Of a DNA stretch of 64,000 bases, positions 63,723-64,000 are shown in pieces. How positions within the stretch are numbered: position 1 is the first letter of the stretch; each line of letters begins with the position of its first letter. Origin of the DNA: an uncultured Gemmatimonadales bacterium. Its GTDB lineage: Bacteria > Gemmatimonadota > Gemmatimonadetes > Longimicrobiales > Gaopeijiaceae. Below the pieces are notes generated by a model. That model did no database searches and was not told the origin of the DNA. It saw nothing but the letters and a program-made list of their open reading frames with translations. The stretch is taken from assembly GCA_963823035.1 (NCBI GenBank), contig CAWGKG010000022.1, positions 32,001 through 96,000 on the forward strand, written 5' to 3'. The translations under genes were made by a program, and so were the position numbers.

Positions 63723-63957
63723 CGTCCCATCCCCTCTTCGTCTGCTCCGGGCCCGGGCCCCATGCCCGTCTCCCGACATCCTACCCTTCGTATCCGAGCG
63801 CCTCCGAGTTTCACCTTCCGGTCGCTCAGTGGATTGGACTCCACCAGGATACGATTCGTTGCATCCGTTCGTGACGGGGTCCCGGTCGACAGCGTCGACG
63901 GCTCCCCGTATCGTCTTACCGGAAAACTCGCGGGGGGAGAACACGGAGGCCTGGACC

Positions 63958-64000
63958 ATGTCACGAAGCGGCCTGAAGGATCTGCGTTTCCTCGTGCTGG
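63958..64000 (+). CDS. 5' end of an unidentified gene running off the window
   Basis: GGAGG RBS then MSRSGLKDLRFLVL. Confidence 0.5.
   Translation, partial: MSRSGLKDLRFLVL

Noticed and set aside
1..64000. CRISPR array, tRNA/rRNA, IS, integrase or prophage
   Set aside because: No regularly spaced repeats, RNA gene signatures, transposase/integrase motifs or obvious compositional island were recognised by eye.

Overview
Very GC-rich bacterial chromosomal segment with about 60 CDS. The gene content and envelope-rich repertoire suggest a Gemmatimonadota-like organism (inference). About 20 genes, including priA, carB and glyQS, are split by single-base frameshifts that look like long-read assembly indels. 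Housekeeping genes: priA (partial), carB, nth, glyQS, nfuA, mscL. There are many peptidases and amidohydrolases (M24 x2, M6, M14, M20, S51 cyanophycinase, zincins, D-aminoacylase, a tandem amidohydrolase pair), NSS and SSS transporters with small membrane-protein partners, a GH31 and a PA0069-type radical SAM. Three features stand out. (1) An ECF sigma/anti-sigma operon in which both the anti-sigma and a downstream beta-barrel-like protein carry AMPK-beta-type glycogen-binding (CBM48) domains. (2) A second ECF sigma/zinc anti-sigma/TonB-receptor locus whose promoter motif CGTCAC-N16-TCGTT occurs three times in the window. (3) An orphan GspE/PilB ATPase fused to an intact receiver domain. No rRNA, tRNA, CRISPR array or mobile element was recognised.
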